From Shigella phage Sfin-1: 50,403 nucleotides of DNA. The notes beneath the pieces are model-generated. The model saw nothing but the letters and a program-made list of their open reading frames with translations, was not told the DNA's origin and ran no database searches. The translations under genes and the position numbers were made by a program. Numbering within the stretch: the stretch's first letter is position 1; every line of letters starts with the position of its first letter. Where the stretch lies: sequence record NC_047998.1; one strand, written 5' to 3'. This document shows, piece after piece, positions 9,135 through 16,603 of this stretch.

Positions 9135-9607
9135 TTCTCTACCCCGTGCGATTTTAAATGATCGTGAACGTTATCGCCATAGTCAACTACAGCATATGTT
9201 GTTATTCCAAGCGACCGGAATAATGGAATAATTTGCGGTGAGTCATCCCAAGCTGCCAGGATGTTTTCAATACCGATCGCTCGCACCGCTTCTTCTTTCA
9301 TCACCGTGTCTTTCCTGTTGTCTGTGTGCGGTCGCATGACTAAGTAATCATATCTCGCACCGTGATGCTTAAGCCATAACTCAGATGCGTAACGAACCTC
9401 ATCACTTCGCCCGGTTAAAACTATTACGTGATACCCGGCAGCAAACATAGAGTTCATAACCTCAATCGTGCTCTGGATTGGGTTATCAAATATTGCCGCT
9501 CGGTTAAACTCAGACCAGCTTTCAGTTAAGTGCAAATCCTTTGTCGGCAACAGGTGAAGGCGCTTTGATCCATCACTAAGCGTTCCGTCAAAGTCAAAGA
9601 TTGCCAC
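9131..9607 (-). CDS. HAD-superfamily phosphatase (putative nucleotidase or polynucleotide 3'-phosphatase)
   Basis: N-terminal DFDGTL (HAD motif I, DxDGT); GTG start. Confidence 0.6.
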   Translation of the reverse strand: MAIFDFDGTLSDGSKRLHLLPTKDLHLTESWSEFNRAAIFDNPIQSTIEVMNSMFAAGYHVIVLTGRSDEVRYASELWLKHHGARYDYLVMRPHTDNRKDTVMKEEAVRAIGIENILAAWDDSPQIIPLFRSLGITTYAVVDYGDNVHDHLKSHGVEK

Positions 9608-9703
9608 GCGTCGCGTGCCGAGAAACAGGTTGATAGTTTGACCCCAATGGTAATTTTATCCATGATTTATTCCTATGATTGGTTGCTTAACTCAACGAAG
9701 GGC

Positions 9704-9747
9704 ATTCTATCAAATGCCCTTGAGCAAGTTTTAGCAATTAGTGCTAT
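9704..9747 (-). promoter_or_regulatory. Early promoter cassette (dyad plus 22 bp plus TAGAAT)
   Basis: TAGCACTAATTGCTAAAAC followed after 22 bp by TGaTAGAAT; a GGGCATT/AATGCCC hairpin overlaps the -10. Confidence 0.5.
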
Positions 9748-10193
9748 TACCAGCAACTGATCTCGTATTCAGCCCAGCTATCAAACTCTTCCTGACTGAA
9801 TGAGCCGCCGTAATTGTCATGAATATCATCGATCAAAAAGTAGCACGACTCACCGTTACGATAGAAGTATGAATCAGCAACGTTACGCGCCCATGTTCCG
9901 GCGTCCTTCTTGCTCATCTTCCAGTATTTAATTGCAATCTTCTTGAATGCGCGAACTACGCGCTTGCGGATCTTGATATGCTTGTACCCCGCGTTGCAGC
10001 CGTAAGCCATATACTCATTGTTCCCGAGATTCTGCATGATGTACGGATTAACTTCTTTTGAAGCAATCATTAGATCGCCATCGCCTCGATGCGCATCATA
10101 AATGCTTGCTGTCATGTAGTGGCCTTTGAACATTCCAATGCCGTGCAGGGTGTGTTCATTGTTAGGTGTATCAATGCAAATCAAATGTTTCAT
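9747..10193 (-). CDS. Hypothetical protein (148 aa)
   Basis: Start moved to the internal ATG at 10193, which has a GAGGG RBS. Confidence 0.45.
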   Translation of the reverse strand: MKHLICIDTPNNEHTLHGIGMFKGHYMTASIYDAHRGDGDLMIASKEVNPYIMQNLGNNEYMAYGCNAGYKHIKIRKRVVRAFKKIAIKYWKMSKKDAGTWARNVADSYFYRNGESCYFLIDDIHDNYGGSFSQEEFDSWAEYEISCW

Positions 10194-10223
10194 GAGTGTT
10201 CCCTCGTTCGTTGGTGTAGGGGA

Positions 10224-10267
10224 ATCATATCGCATTCCCATTGATAGGTTTTAGCAATTCGTGCTAT
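10224..10267 (-). promoter_or_regulatory. Early promoter cassette (dyad plus 22 bp plus TATGAT)
   Basis: TAGCACGAATTGCTAAAAC, 22-bp spacer, TATGAT; GGGAAT/ATTCCC hairpin. Confidence 0.5.
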
Positions 10268-10469
10268 TCGTTTTAATAGTGATGCAAAAATAATTTTTTA
10301 AGCACGTCACCACGCGCGCTGAATCTACTTGTGGAAGCCTTAAAATTTCATGGACCAGTTGCACTGCCGACACGTCAAAATTGTAGTAGTGTGCGATTCT
10401 GGAGGTATTTGGGAGCATCCCTTCCACTGCGTCACGCGCTGCATCTTCCGCTGTCATGATAGTAGCCAT
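10251..10469 (-). CDS. Hypothetical protein (72 aa)
   Basis: AAGGG RBS; stop lies within the downstream promoter dyad. Confidence 0.35.
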   Translation of the reverse strand: MATIMTAEDAARDAVEGMLPNTSRIAHYYNFDVSAVQLVHEILRLPQVDSARVVTCLKNYFCITIKTNSTNC

Positions 10470-10576
10470 AAAACACCCTTAAGAGATAGAGTCAGAAACA
10501 GGAGGCAGAATAACAACTCATGAAATGATGGAGGTTCGTTTTTCCAGTTCTTAAAGTCAGGCATAAAGCTATTCAT
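10454..10576 (-). CDS. Possible small hydrophobic peptide (40 aa)
   Basis: GAGGTG RBS and ATG just downstream of a terminator-like hairpin; overlaps the next gene start out of frame. Confidence 0.2.
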   Translation of the reverse strand: MNSFMPDFKNWKNEPPSFHELLFCLLFLTLSLKGVLWLLS

Positions 10577-10584
10577 ATTCACCT

Positions 10585-10618
10585 CATAAAAATAGGGAAC
10601 CGCTCAGGAACGATTCCC
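10585..10618 (-). terminator. Putative terminator hairpin after the membrane-anchored tandem-domain gene
   Basis: GGGAA...TTCCC stem followed by a U-rich tract on the minus strand. Confidence 0.3.
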
Positions 10619-10626
10619 ACTTTAAG

Positions 10627-11283
10627 TTAAACTACGAAAAACAGCACGATAAGAGAAATAAGAAGCACGGTAGCCATAGCCAGGTTCGCCAGATTATCAA
10701 TGTCCTTGTTGGTCAGCTTAGGCTTGACTTTACCATCAACTTCGATTGGCTTAACGCTGTGAATCTTACCCTGTTCGATGCGGAAACCGCCCTTGATTCG
10801 ACTGGTATTAAATTTCTGCTTCTTCTTGCCGAACGTTGCAAACTTAGTGCCGCCACTATTCCAGCGAAGACCTTCGCCATTATGCGTTACGGTAGCAATG
10901 CGGTGACGGCCCGTGTCGTCAGTAAGCGCTACAGTGTGCTTTGCGTGCTCAGTAGGAACGTCGTAGATTTTGCCAACAGTAAATTTCTTGGTGTTATCAC
11001 TGATACATTCGAATTTCATAAATTTTACCTCTTTATTATGCAGTTGGTTGATTGCTTCGATTACGTCGTTAAATTTAACACCATCCACGATTCGATGGAA
11101 GATATATTTTGAACTACCGCCATACGGCAGGAAAATTTCTTGGTATTCGTGACGACGGATGATGTTCACATTGCTACCGTGCTCATCCACGACAACGAAG
11201 CTGTCGTTATTGACGCGAGCGCCTTCGTAGATTTTTCCCCACTTAAATCCCGTTCCGTCACTTGATACGCATTCAAATTTCAT
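10627..11283 (-). CDS. Membrane-anchored protein with two tandem copies of a small conserved domain and a C-terminal transmembrane helix
   Basis: Internal repeat MKFECVSSDGTGFKWGKIYEG / MKFECISDNTKKFTVGKIYDV; C-terminal hydrophobic tail LANLAMATVLLISLIVLFFVV. Confidence 0.55.
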   Translation of the reverse strand: MKFECVSSDGTGFKWGKIYEGARVNNDSFVVVDEHGSNVNIIRRHEYQEIFLPYGGSSKYIFHRIVDGVKFNDVIEAINQLHNKEVKFMKFECISDNTKKFTVGKIYDVPTEHAKHTVALTDDTGRHRIATVTHNGEGLRWNSGGTKFATFGKKKQKFNTSRIKGGFRIEQGKIHSVKPIEVDGKVKPKLTNKDIDNLANLAMATVLLISLIVLFFVV

Positions 11284-11567
11284 GGTCTAACCTTCCTGTA
11301 AGGTTTGATTGATAACATCACGTATTGCGTGAAGTCGCATTCCTGATCGTCATACCCGCGATTGATGTATGGCGTCACGTCTGTAACATCGGACACCCTG
11401 GCGTGAACTTCCCACCCGGTAAACTCGTCACGATCGAACTCGCATAGCTCCAGGATATCGCCAGGCTGGAAGTTGCGGTCATTGATGCGGAACTCTGCCG
11501 TTTTTGTTCCGTTCATTACTCCAATGAAATGTACCGGGGCGATTTTTAATTTATGAGTTTTGCTCAT
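11280..11567 (-). CDS. ASCH/PUA-like (DUF3850-type) small protein
   Basis: The ~95-aa sequence KLKIAPVHF...G.KTAEFRINDRNFQPGDILEL fits my recollection of the DUF3850/ASCH fold signature. Confidence 0.4.
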   Translation of the reverse strand: MSKTHKLKIAPVHFIGVMNGTKTAEFRINDRNFQPGDILELCEFDRDEFTGWEVHARVSDVTDVTPYINRGYDDQECDFTQYVMLSIKPYRKVRP

Positions 11568-11757
11568 CTTCCTTTACCTCGAATGTTACGTTCCAAAATT
11601 TATTGCCGCAAGAATGATAGGTTACGTCATGCGGCGTTAGTTCGTGCAATGCATGACCGATGATTTCCATGCGATCGTTCGGTGTCAGACCTCGAAGTGA
11701 TTCACGAAGGCGTGAAGCCTTGTCGTAAATCTGCCACTGCGTGAGTCGTGTAGCCAT
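11551..11757 (-). CDS. Hypothetical protein (68 aa)
   Basis: Start moved to the internal ATG at 11757, which has an AAGGA RBS. Confidence 0.35.
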   Translation of the reverse strand: MATRLTQWQIYDKASRLRESLRGLTPNDRMEIIGHALHELTPHDVTYHSCGNKFWNVTFEVKEDEQNS

Positions 11758-11885
11758 AGCTGATTCCTTATTTGCAAAACGGGCAGGTTGATTTATTTCC
11801 GCTGCCACCATGATTAGGGCAGCACACTTTCTCAATTGGTGTCATAGCTGATTCCTCTGATTGGTTGCCGTGCTTCAATAAGGCC

Positions 11886-11929
11886 ACTATATCAAATGGC
11901 CTTGCGGAAGGTTTAGCAATTCGTGCTAT
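11886..11929 (-). promoter_or_regulatory. Early promoter cassette (dyad plus 22 bp plus TGaTATAGT)
   Basis: TAGCACGAATTGCTAAACC, 22-bp spacer, extended -10; GGCCA/TGGCC hairpin. Confidence 0.55.
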
Positions 11930-12075
11930 CGTTTAACACACATTGTTTTTACTTCGTATCCGAACGGCTTGTTTTCTGCAATTACTTCCCGAGCCTTGTT
12001 ACATGCTTGCTGACTTTCCATGTATACGTGATCCGGCCCGGTACTCATCAAGATAATCAAGACCCATGCAGCCAT
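11926..12075 (-). CDS. Small membrane peptide (49 aa), below the ORF-track cutoff
   Basis: TAATG overlap with the upstream stop; GAGGTG RBS; hydrophobic N-terminus; its stop is the TAG of the promoter dyad. Confidence 0.3.
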   Translation of the reverse strand: MAAWVLIILMSTGPDHVYMESQQACNKAREVIAENKPFGYEVKTMCVKR

Positions 12076-12566
12076 TATTTCACCTCATAGCGTACAAGCG
12101 TTCCGCGCTTAATGCTGATTTCACCTGATACCGTCTTGTTCTTGAAGCCGCCGTGATGCAATAGAAGCGTGATGATATCGTCGTGCACCTCAATAGTTTT
12201 TGGTGTCGCGGTAATCTCAACCCAAGAATCGCTGCTAATCTGGACACCTTTTAGCGTTGCGCTAAGTGGCATATTCTCGATCTGAGTGCACTGTAGCGAT
12301 GGCTTGATTTCTGGCTTTGATTCATGAAAGATGGCCCGACCAACTTTCCAACCAGGCCCGGCACTCTCAACATAATACGGAAGAGACGGGATGTTATCAG
12401 GATTGTGATTGTTATGAAGCTCAATGAGATTACCAACAATCGACGGGTGACACTCATTGAATGACGAATCAGTTGCACGATCTTTGCTGTGGCAGGTTAT
12501 TTTACCGCAGCTAATAGTGTTAAAAACTACAGGGAATTTAATCTCGTTTAATTTCAACATAATCAT
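12075..12566 (-). CDS. Hypothetical protein (163 aa)
   Basis: Long ORF with no recognisable motif. Confidence 0.45.
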   Translation of the reverse strand: MIMLKLNEIKFPVVFNTISCGKITCHSKDRATDSSFNECHPSIVGNLIELHNNHNPDNIPSLPYYVESAGPGWKVGRAIFHESKPEIKPSLQCTQIENMPLSATLKGVQISSDSWVEITATPKTIEVHDDIITLLLHHGGFKNKTVSGEISIKRGTLVRYEVK

Positions 12567-12590
12567 TTCCTCTTGGTGGTCGATGTGGGG

Positions 12591-12634
12591 ATTGTACCAG
12601 TCAGGACGAATCCCCTTTTAACAATTCGTGCTTA
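12591..12634 (-). promoter_or_regulatory. Early promoter cassette (variant dyad TAAGCACGAATTGTTAAAAG plus 22 bp plus TACAAT)
   Basis: Same architecture; GGGGATT/AATCCCC hairpin; dyad contains the TAA stop of the upstream gene. Confidence 0.5.
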
Positions 12635-13120
12635 GTAGACTAGCTCACACTCAATATCGAACGGCTCGGAGTCTCGATGGAAGAAGCAAAGCGGCTCTTT
12701 GTTCATCCCGCCTACAAAACCAACGGCGCGAAGCTGCTCATCATTAATGTAAGCAAGGCTTGCGGTAATTTCCTCAAAGTCCACAATAACTGGGAACGTG
12801 CGATTCTCATAACCAGGGCGCATCGGGTAGCCGCCATTGTTGAGAAGTCGAACCTTGCGAGGCTTGACGATCGCTTGAACTTCCCATTCAAAGAAGAACA
12901 TCGTTCCGTCCTTCTCGTTGAAGTCAGCCGGGCCAAATACCGGACTAACCGATAGGCCGTAATCGAGATCGTACACACCAGCTTTAACCAGGTCATCTAC
13001 TTTGACGCGGTAGCCGCCAATGCTATCATTGCACTTCACGGCGTCAACGATAATAGGGTCAGATTCCAGGTCGCGAGTAAAGCCCTTGTAACCGCCAGTG
13101 CAAAGTAATTTAATTTTCAT
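12632..13120 (-). CDS. Hypothetical protein (~162 aa)
   Basis: Start moved to the ATG at 13120, which has a GAGGA RBS. Confidence 0.45.
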   Translation of the reverse strand: MKIKLLCTGGYKGFTRDLESDPIIVDAVKCNDSIGGYRVKVDDLVKAGVYDLDYGLSVSPVFGPADFNEKDGTMFFFEWEVQAIVKPRKVRLLNNGGYPMRPGYENRTFPVIVDFEEITASLAYINDEQLRAVGFVGGMNKEPLCFFHRDSEPFDIECELVY

Positions 13121-13131
13121 GATTTCAATCC

Positions 13132-13338
13132 TCATTGTTCACGTTTAAATTTAGCCACCACATCGCCATTGCGCTTAGTTGCTGTTAGCGCTTTCTTGTC
13201 AAAGTAGAACCACGTATACACTCCATGAACCACATCAATAACCTCTCCGCTTTTGTTTGTAAAGCTATCGATTTGAGCGACATATTCGAAGCCTTCTGAG
13301 TAGTTAATTTGATTTGATTCAATGCACCGCAGTTTCAT
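13132..13338 (-). CDS. Hypothetical small protein (68 aa), possible member of the paralogous domain family
   Basis: Starts MKLRCIES; ATG at 13338 with GAGGA RBS. Confidence 0.45.
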   Translation of the reverse strand: MKLRCIESNQINYSEGFEYVAQIDSFTNKSGEVIDVVHGVYTWFYFDKKALTATKRNGDVVAKFKREQ

Positions 13339-13368
13339 GATAAATCCTCGTTCGTTATCGATGGGGTT

Positions 13369-13412
13369 ACTATATCGCAACCCCGGAATTGAGTTTTAAC
13401 AAAAAGTGCTAT
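13369..13412 (-). promoter_or_regulatory. Early promoter cassette (dyad variant TAGCACTTTTTGTTAAAAC plus 22 bp plus cgaTATAGT)
   Basis: Same spacing; GGGGTT/AACCCC hairpin. Confidence 0.5.
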
Positions 13413-13600
13413 TCTTTAATTTCGAAGCAATCAGTATCTTCGTCGAATACCCAGGGGTCGCCATTATCATCAAGCAATGAGACGTTACCGAAGCTGGTTA
13501 GCGACGCACTATAAGGCTTGTCAACGGTAAAGCACTCTTTCACTTCCTGGTCCTCACTACCTTTGAATACTGCAATCATTTGGTGCATAAAATCAGCCAT
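13409..13600 (-). CDS. Hypothetical small acidic protein (63 aa)
   Basis: Acidic ORF immediately after a promoter cassette. Confidence 0.4.
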   Translation of the reverse strand: MADFMHQMIAVFKGSEDQEVKECFTVDKPYSASLTSFGNVSLLDDNGDPWVFDEDTDCFEIKE

Positions 13601-13609
13601 TGTTAAATC

Positions 13610-13786
13610 CTATTCGCAAGTGATCTCATTTGATGTGATTGGTAGCAAAACATTGCCAACCATCACGAAAGTAGTAACCTGGTTCCCGGTTTCATGGCAT
13701 CGCTCTTTGACCTCGCCACAGCCGGACACTACCAGGATAGCCAGGGCGACCGCCGCCATCATGCAAATCAGAATGCGCATCATTCG
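13610..13786 (-). CDS. Putative small lipoprotein (58 aa)
   Basis: MMRILICMMAAVALAILVVSGC: signal peptide with a lipobox-like VSGC; ATGA-coupled to the upstream small membrane ORF. Confidence 0.35.
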   Translation of the reverse strand, partial: RMMRILICMMAAVALAILVVSGCGEVKERCHETGNQVTTFVMVGNVLLPITSNEITCE

Positions 13787-13890
13787 AACGCCCCCGCACA
13801 CAGGAGAAGCATTACCACGATGCCGACCATAACGTGACCCATGCAGAAGAACCAGACGGCAGACCATAGCGCTACTGTATTAAAGTTCAT
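13780..13890 (-). CDS. Small hydrophobic membrane peptide (36 aa)
   Basis: ATGA overlap with the upstream gene stop; almost entirely hydrophobic (VALWSAVWFFCMGHVMVGIVVMLLLCAGAF). Confidence 0.3.
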   Translation of the reverse strand: MNFNTVALWSAVWFFCMGHVMVGIVVMLLLCAGAFE

Positions 13891-14114
13891 TTTAGTACCT
13901 CGATCTTGTTGTCGCCGATTGAGTTTTCTACTACTGATTGCGGATCGTCTCCAGGTACGCGCATGTAAAAATTACTCACCGCCGTGAAGTTCCATTGACC
14001 GCGCCACTTGAAATATAATCCGTGCTTTGCGCCTTTCGCGCAGTGAGTAGATTTAGCCGGGATCATGTGCCCGTTGACGCGGATTAGTTTGGTTAGGTTG
14101 CTGTAACGTGGCAT
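13887..14114 (-). CDS. Hypothetical protein (75 aa)
   Basis: ORF in the coupled array. Confidence 0.45.
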   Translation of the reverse strand: MPRYSNLTKLIRVNGHMIPAKSTHCAKGAKHGLYFKWRGQWNFTAVSNFYMRVPGDDPQSVVENSIGDNKIEVLK

Positions 14115-14120
14115 AATTAT

Positions 14121-14351
14121 TTATTCCTCAATTAAAGTACTGATATCATCACGACCTTGAAACTCGCCATTCCATACCAAGAAGTTTGCAAGGTTTTCGC
14201 AGCGCACCCACTTTCCGTTATTTTCCATGTATGTTTTGTACCCACCCGGTACGGCCCTGACAGCAAATCGCTTGTTGTCGCGAGTGATGAAAATAGCAAA
14301 GCGGTTGTGGCTGGTTGAGTCGATGGCTTGTTGGTTCTTGATGATTGACAT
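14121..14351 (-). CDS. Hypothetical protein (76 aa)
   Basis: ORF directly downstream of a promoter cassette. Confidence 0.45.
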   Translation of the reverse strand: MSIIKNQQAIDSTSHNRFAIFITRDNKRFAVRAVPGGYKTYMENNGKWVRCENLANFLVWNGEFQGRDDISTLIEE

Positions 14352-14389
14352 GGCGAATCCTCTGATTGGTATCTCGTTTTGATGGGGTA

Positions 14390-14433
14390 ACTATAGCAAG
14401 ATACCCCGATCCGGTTTTAACAATTCGTGCTAT
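14390..14433 (-). promoter_or_regulatory. Early promoter cassette (TAGCACGAATTGTTAAAAC plus 22 bp plus TGcTATAGT)
   Basis: Same architecture; GGGGTA/TACCCC hairpin. Confidence 0.55.
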
Positions 14434-14900
14434 TTGGTGAGATACTTTACCTCACTGCCGGAAATCATATTCCAACCATCATCAAAGAATACGCTATAGC
14501 ATGTTGCCGAGCGATGGCGAATCTTGGATACAGTGCGCCACACCTTACGGCCCGAGTAACCAGTCAGCACACGCATCCCTGGCGATAGCTCACCCGACTT
14601 TCTCACCTTAATGCTCACGTCAGAGTCAAGATCGAACGACCCCAGGCGAACCGGATTGACCATCTCAAACATTCTCATAACTTCGTGATCTTCTTTCCCC
14701 TCGCAGCCACCGCTAGCCTTAACCGCTTCAACAAAATCACTCAGCTTGTCAGTGAGTAAATCGCCATCGTAAGCCTCAATTGAGATGACCGTGTAATGAG
14801 TGTACGTGTGCCAGTGCGATCCGGTTTTGTGCTCGAACGCGAAGAATGACATTTCGCCATCAATCTCATCTTTAGCCAGGAATACGGTAATGGTTGTCAT
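14430..14900 (-). CDS. Hypothetical protein (156 aa)
   Basis: Long ORF with no recognisable motif. Confidence 0.45.
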   Translation of the reverse strand: MTTITVFLAKDEIDGEMSFFAFEHKTGSHWHTYTHYTVISIEAYDGDLLTDKLSDFVEAVKASGGCEGKEDHEVMRMFEMVNPVRLGSFDLDSDVSIKVRKSGELSPGMRVLTGYSGRKVWRTVSKIRHRSATCYSVFFDDGWNMISGSEVKYLTK

Positions 14901-14902
14901 GA

Positions 14903-15097
14903 TTATGCCTCAGCAAAGTAAGTGTTAAAGCCCTTGAGTTTGTAGTCGCTACCTACGCGCACCACGTTCCAGGTAAGGCCAGAGTGATATGCAACCATAT
15001 CTTCAAGGTCGATCGTGATTTCGGTTCCTTTCTTGAACAGACCCTTTTCATGAGTTGAGTCGCGCTGAACAACAACCACATCAATTTGCGTTTCCAT
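14903..15097 (-). CDS. Hypothetical small protein (64 aa)
   Basis: Start moved to the ATG at 15097, which has a GAGGA RBS. Confidence 0.4.
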   Translation of the reverse strand: METQIDVVVVQRDSTHEKGLFKKGTEITIDLEDMVAYHSGLTWNVVRVGSDYKLKGFNTYFAEA

Positions 15098-15129
15098 CTT
15101 CGTTTCCTCTGTATCGTGTCGATGAAAAG

Positions 15130-15173
15130 ATAATACCCGATCCGCTCGACCGGGCTTTAACAAAAAGTGCTAT
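15130..15173 (-). promoter_or_regulatory. Early promoter cassette (TAGCACTTTTTGTTAAAGC plus 22 bp plus TATTAT)
   Basis: Same architecture; CCCGGTCGAGCGGATCGGG hairpin. Confidence 0.5.
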
Positions 15174-15187
15174 TTCACCTATCAGAG

Positions 15188-15703
15188 TTACAGTCCACAC
15201 TTTTCAATATGTGCTTTCATCTGGCGCACGATCTCATTCACATCGCGAACCATTAACTCGCTATCGGATAGCTTGCTAACATCAACATCAAACGAATCCA
15301 GGCAGTCGGCCAGGCTAACTTTTTTCCGGCTACGGCGTTTCTTCACCGGAACCTCTTCGTCTGTAACGATAACGGTTATCATCGTGATTGCCGCGTCATT
15401 CCGGCCTACCTTCACCTTTGCCACCTTGCCGTACTTGCAAAAGTGGCGGGTAATGATCGGAGTAATGAAAGCAGACTTGAATCGCCTCTCTACCTCAGCT
15501 TGGTTCTGGTTCACCCATCCGGTAGCGCCTCGCTCCACCTCATCATCTGAAATATCCTGATCTCGGAAGTAAAATTTTACCGCCTCTCTCGCCATATCAT
15601 CAGCCACGAAAGAGAACTCGGTCATGCCTTTGTCGCGGTACATTGCATCGCAGGTTAGTCGAATCATGTCGGTGATTTTTAATTCCTGATTGGTATTGCT
15701 CAT
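15188..15703 (-). CDS. Hypothetical protein (171 aa), first gene of the leftward early array
   Basis: GAGGATGG RBS; lies immediately next to the divergent control region. Confidence 0.45.
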   Translation of the reverse strand: MSNTNQELKITDMIRLTCDAMYRDKGMTEFSFVADDMAREAVKFYFRDQDISDDEVERGATGWVNQNQAEVERRFKSAFITPIITRHFCKYGKVAKVKVGRNDAAITMITVIVTDEEVPVKKRRSRKKVSLADCLDSFDVDVSKLSDSELMVRDVNEIVRQMKAHIEKCGL

Positions 15704-16145
15704 AATCCATCCTCATTTGTCTATTGATGTGTAAATGGTGTCATAACATGTCAACAATTGCCATTGTGACAGCGCAATGCAGGGCTGTCAATGCCTGCGA
15801 GCCAATTTTAAGCTGTGTAACATTTGTCTAGCTGTCTAGAGTCCCCATAGAAATATATGACTCTCAAAAAAGTACTGTATATATAAACATGCAGATAGAA
15901 ATATGCCAACAGTACGCTAGACAATGTAAGACGGCTATACACAACTATTACAATATAATTATCTATATATATAAATATAAAAAAAACACTATATATATTA
16001 TATATATACATATATCCATATGTCTATTGTGGGGCGTCACAGTGCGTAATTTTGTCACAAGTGCGATTCTAGACAAATATTACAGTCGTGACAAGTTAAG
16101 GTGTAATCGATAGCACGTTTTGCTAAAAATGGAGATGACCACCAG
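15704..16145. promoter_or_regulatory. Divergent early control region A: TA-rich tract and six TGTCTA half-sites (four direct, two inverted)
   Basis: Non-coding strand-switch region; TGTCTA at 15719, 15825, 15834, 16021 and TAGACA at 15918, 16067; about 60-bp (TA)n-like tract at 15955..16015; degenerate promoter dyad at 16111..16128. Confidence 0.55.
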
Positions 16146-16390
16146 GTGAACCGGGTAACACTAAATCCTCCCTCTCACAATCATTGCATTCCAAGCAACA
16201 ATCACATCAACAGTTGCACACCATGCAACAATCACATTTCATCATTCGAGATCAATTGGGATCGCAATTATTCCAGATATTCCATTGCTGGTGGAATAAT
16301 GAGCAACTATTGGAATAGCATTTTTTGCAACATATCAGCCCTGCCGATAGGGTATGATTCATCTCATCAACCAATCATAGGAATCACGCA

Positions 16391-16603
16391 ATGGAACCAA
16401 AATTTGAATGTGCCGTGCAATGCATTAGCGTTAGCACCGACAGCTTCACGAATCAATCAGTGTATGAGATCTACCTTATTGATGGTGGGTACTTCGCTAC
16501 TGACAATCAGCAAAATCAGATCGGCGTTTTCCGTTCAATGAATGGATGGGATCGCTTCCTTACCAATAACGGGCAGACGGTATTCAAAGAGGTAACGAAA
16601 TGA
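16391..16603 (+). CDS. Hypothetical protein (70 aa)
   Basis: AGGA RBS; ATGA-coupled to the downstream methyltransferase. Confidence 0.4.
   Translation: MEPKFECAVQCISVSTDSFTNQSVYEIYLIDGGYFATDNQQNQIGVFRSMNGWDRFLTNNGQTVFKEVTK

Noticed and set aside
9531-9665. 45-aa ORF with an AGGA RBS overlapping the 5' end of the HAD phosphatase gene
   Set aside because: It is out of frame with the phosphatase, whose DFDGTL motif begins at residue 5 as expected for a true N-terminus. It may be a short leader ORF, but is not reported as a gene.
13610-13867. Long form (85 aa) of the ORF starting at 13867
   Set aside because: No RBS at 13867. The upstream portion is fully overlapped by a better-supported ATGA-coupled membrane micro-ORF, and the internal ATG at 13786 gives a clean lipoprotein signal peptide.
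16146-16541. 131-aa plus-strand ORF at the start of the rightward array
   Set aside because: N/H/S/I-rich low-complexity translation, no RBS, and it overlaps a repeat-containing leader; the downstream ORF 16391..16603 has a proper RBS and is preferred.
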